From contig CM059433.1 of assembly GCA_030390025.1 (NCBI GenBank), positions 27,406,001-27,470,000 of the forward strand: a stretch of 64,000 nt of DNA. Direction: 5' to 3'. Source of the stretch: Squalus acanthias (Eukaryota). Below, in pieces: positions 63,103-64,000 of this stretch; positions within the stretch are counted from its first letter, which is position 1, and every line of letters starts with the position of its first letter. The notes under the pieces are model-generated. The model saw nothing but the letters and a program-made list of their open reading frames with translations, did no database searches and was not told where the DNA came from. The translations under genes were made by a program, and so were the position numbers.

Positions 63103-64000
63103 ATGACAACAGAGAGGGTCATAGACATAGGTAGCAGTAGGGGAATCACAAATCAGAGCGTGGCAGGAAGGGACAGAGTGTGTGGAGTAAAAGGTAAAGT
63201 GGTAAAAAGTGAAAAAGCAGGAACTAAGTGCCACAAAGCATATTTGAAAGTTCTCTATCTGAATGCACGTAGCATTCGTAACAAAATAGACGAGTTAATG
63301 GCACAAATAACTACATATGGTTATGATATTGTGGCCATTACAGAAACATGGCTGCAGGGTGACAATGCCTGGGAATTAAACATACCAGATTATTTAACGA
63401 TCAGGAAGGACAGGCAGGAAGGAAGGGGAGGTGGGGTGGCTATGTTAATAAAGGAAGGAATCACTGTAATACAGAGTAATGATATTGGGTCAAAAAATCA
63501 TGATAATGAAACAGTTTGGGTGGAGATAATGAATAATAAGGGGAAAAAAACACTAGTGGGCGTAGTCTATAGGCCTCCGAACAGTTGCAACTCTGTTGGA
63601 CGGAGTATCAATCAGGAAATAGTTGAGGCATGTAATAAGGGAACATCTATAATTATGGGGGATTTTAACTATCATATTAATTGGACAAATCAAATGGGGC
63701 AGGGCTGCCTTGAGGATGAGTTCATTGAGTGTATTAGGGATGGGTTTCTTGAGCAGTATGTAACTGAACCGACCAGGGGGCAAGCAACCTTAGATCTGGT
63801 CCTGTGTAACGAGACAGGATTAATTAAAAATGTCCTAGTAAAGGATCCCCTTGGAATGAGTGACCATAACATGGTTGAATTCCATATTCAATCAGAGGGT
63901 GAGAAGGTTGGATCTCAAACAAGCGTGCTAAGCTTGAATAAAGGAGACTATGAAGGTATGCGAGCGGAATTGAGTAGAGTGGATTGGGAAAATAGATTAA
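63103..64000 (+). CDS. CR1 ORF2p apurinic-type endonuclease (partial, runs off the window)
   Basis: YLNARS, ITETWL, GGGVA, YRPP, GDFN and SDH motifs in a frame that appears open from ATG 63103. Confidence 0.8.
   Translation, partial: MTTERVIDIGSSRGITNQSVAGRDRVCGVKGKVVKSEKAGTKCHKAYLKVLYLNARSIRNKIDELMAQITTYGYDIVAITETWLQGDNAWELNIPDYLTIRKDRQEGRGGGVAMLIKEGITVIQSNDIGSKNHDNETVWVEIMNNKGKKTLVGVVYRPPNSCNSVGRSINQEIVEACNKGTSIIMGDFNYHINWTNQMGQGCLEDEFIECIRDGFLEQYVTEPTRGQATLDLVLCNETGLIKNVLVKDPLGMSDHNMVEFHIQSEGEKVGSQTSVLSLNKGDYEGMRAELSRVDWENRL

Larger units (their letters stand above)
62273..64000 (+). mobile_element. Long CR1 LINE, 5' region (continues past the window)
   Basis: ORF1 esterase followed by ORF2 endonuclease. 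Confidence 0.9.

Overview
Repeat-dense vertebrate genomic DNA, most likely from a cartilaginous fish (inferred from HE1/V-type SINEs, CR1/HER1 LINEs, DeuSINE-like SINEs and many PIF/Harbinger elements). Main contents: (1) A young but defective endogenous retrovirus at 2997-11880. It has a tRNA-Ser PBS, an internally deleted gag, an A_AAA_AAC -1 frameshift site, a pol mixing class III/foamy-like RT motifs with class I-like RNase H/integrase, and a gamma-type env split by a CR1. It is flanked by an identical 88-bp duplication instead of a short TSD, and its 3' LTR lacks the terminal CA. (2) A full-length, intact, intronless MSH5 ORF (minus strand, 22113-24551) directly downstream of a CpG-rich ~47-bp minisatellite carrying about 11 CACGTG E-boxes. 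It appears to sit in an intron of an unidentified minus-strand gene, for which three phase-compatible exons are visible. (3) A 1.76-kb solo LTR with 125-bp E2F-site repeats. (4) Several Harbinger transposons and MITEs, plus nested CR1/L2-like LINE fragments. All coordinates were read by eye; TE fragment boundaries are approximate.
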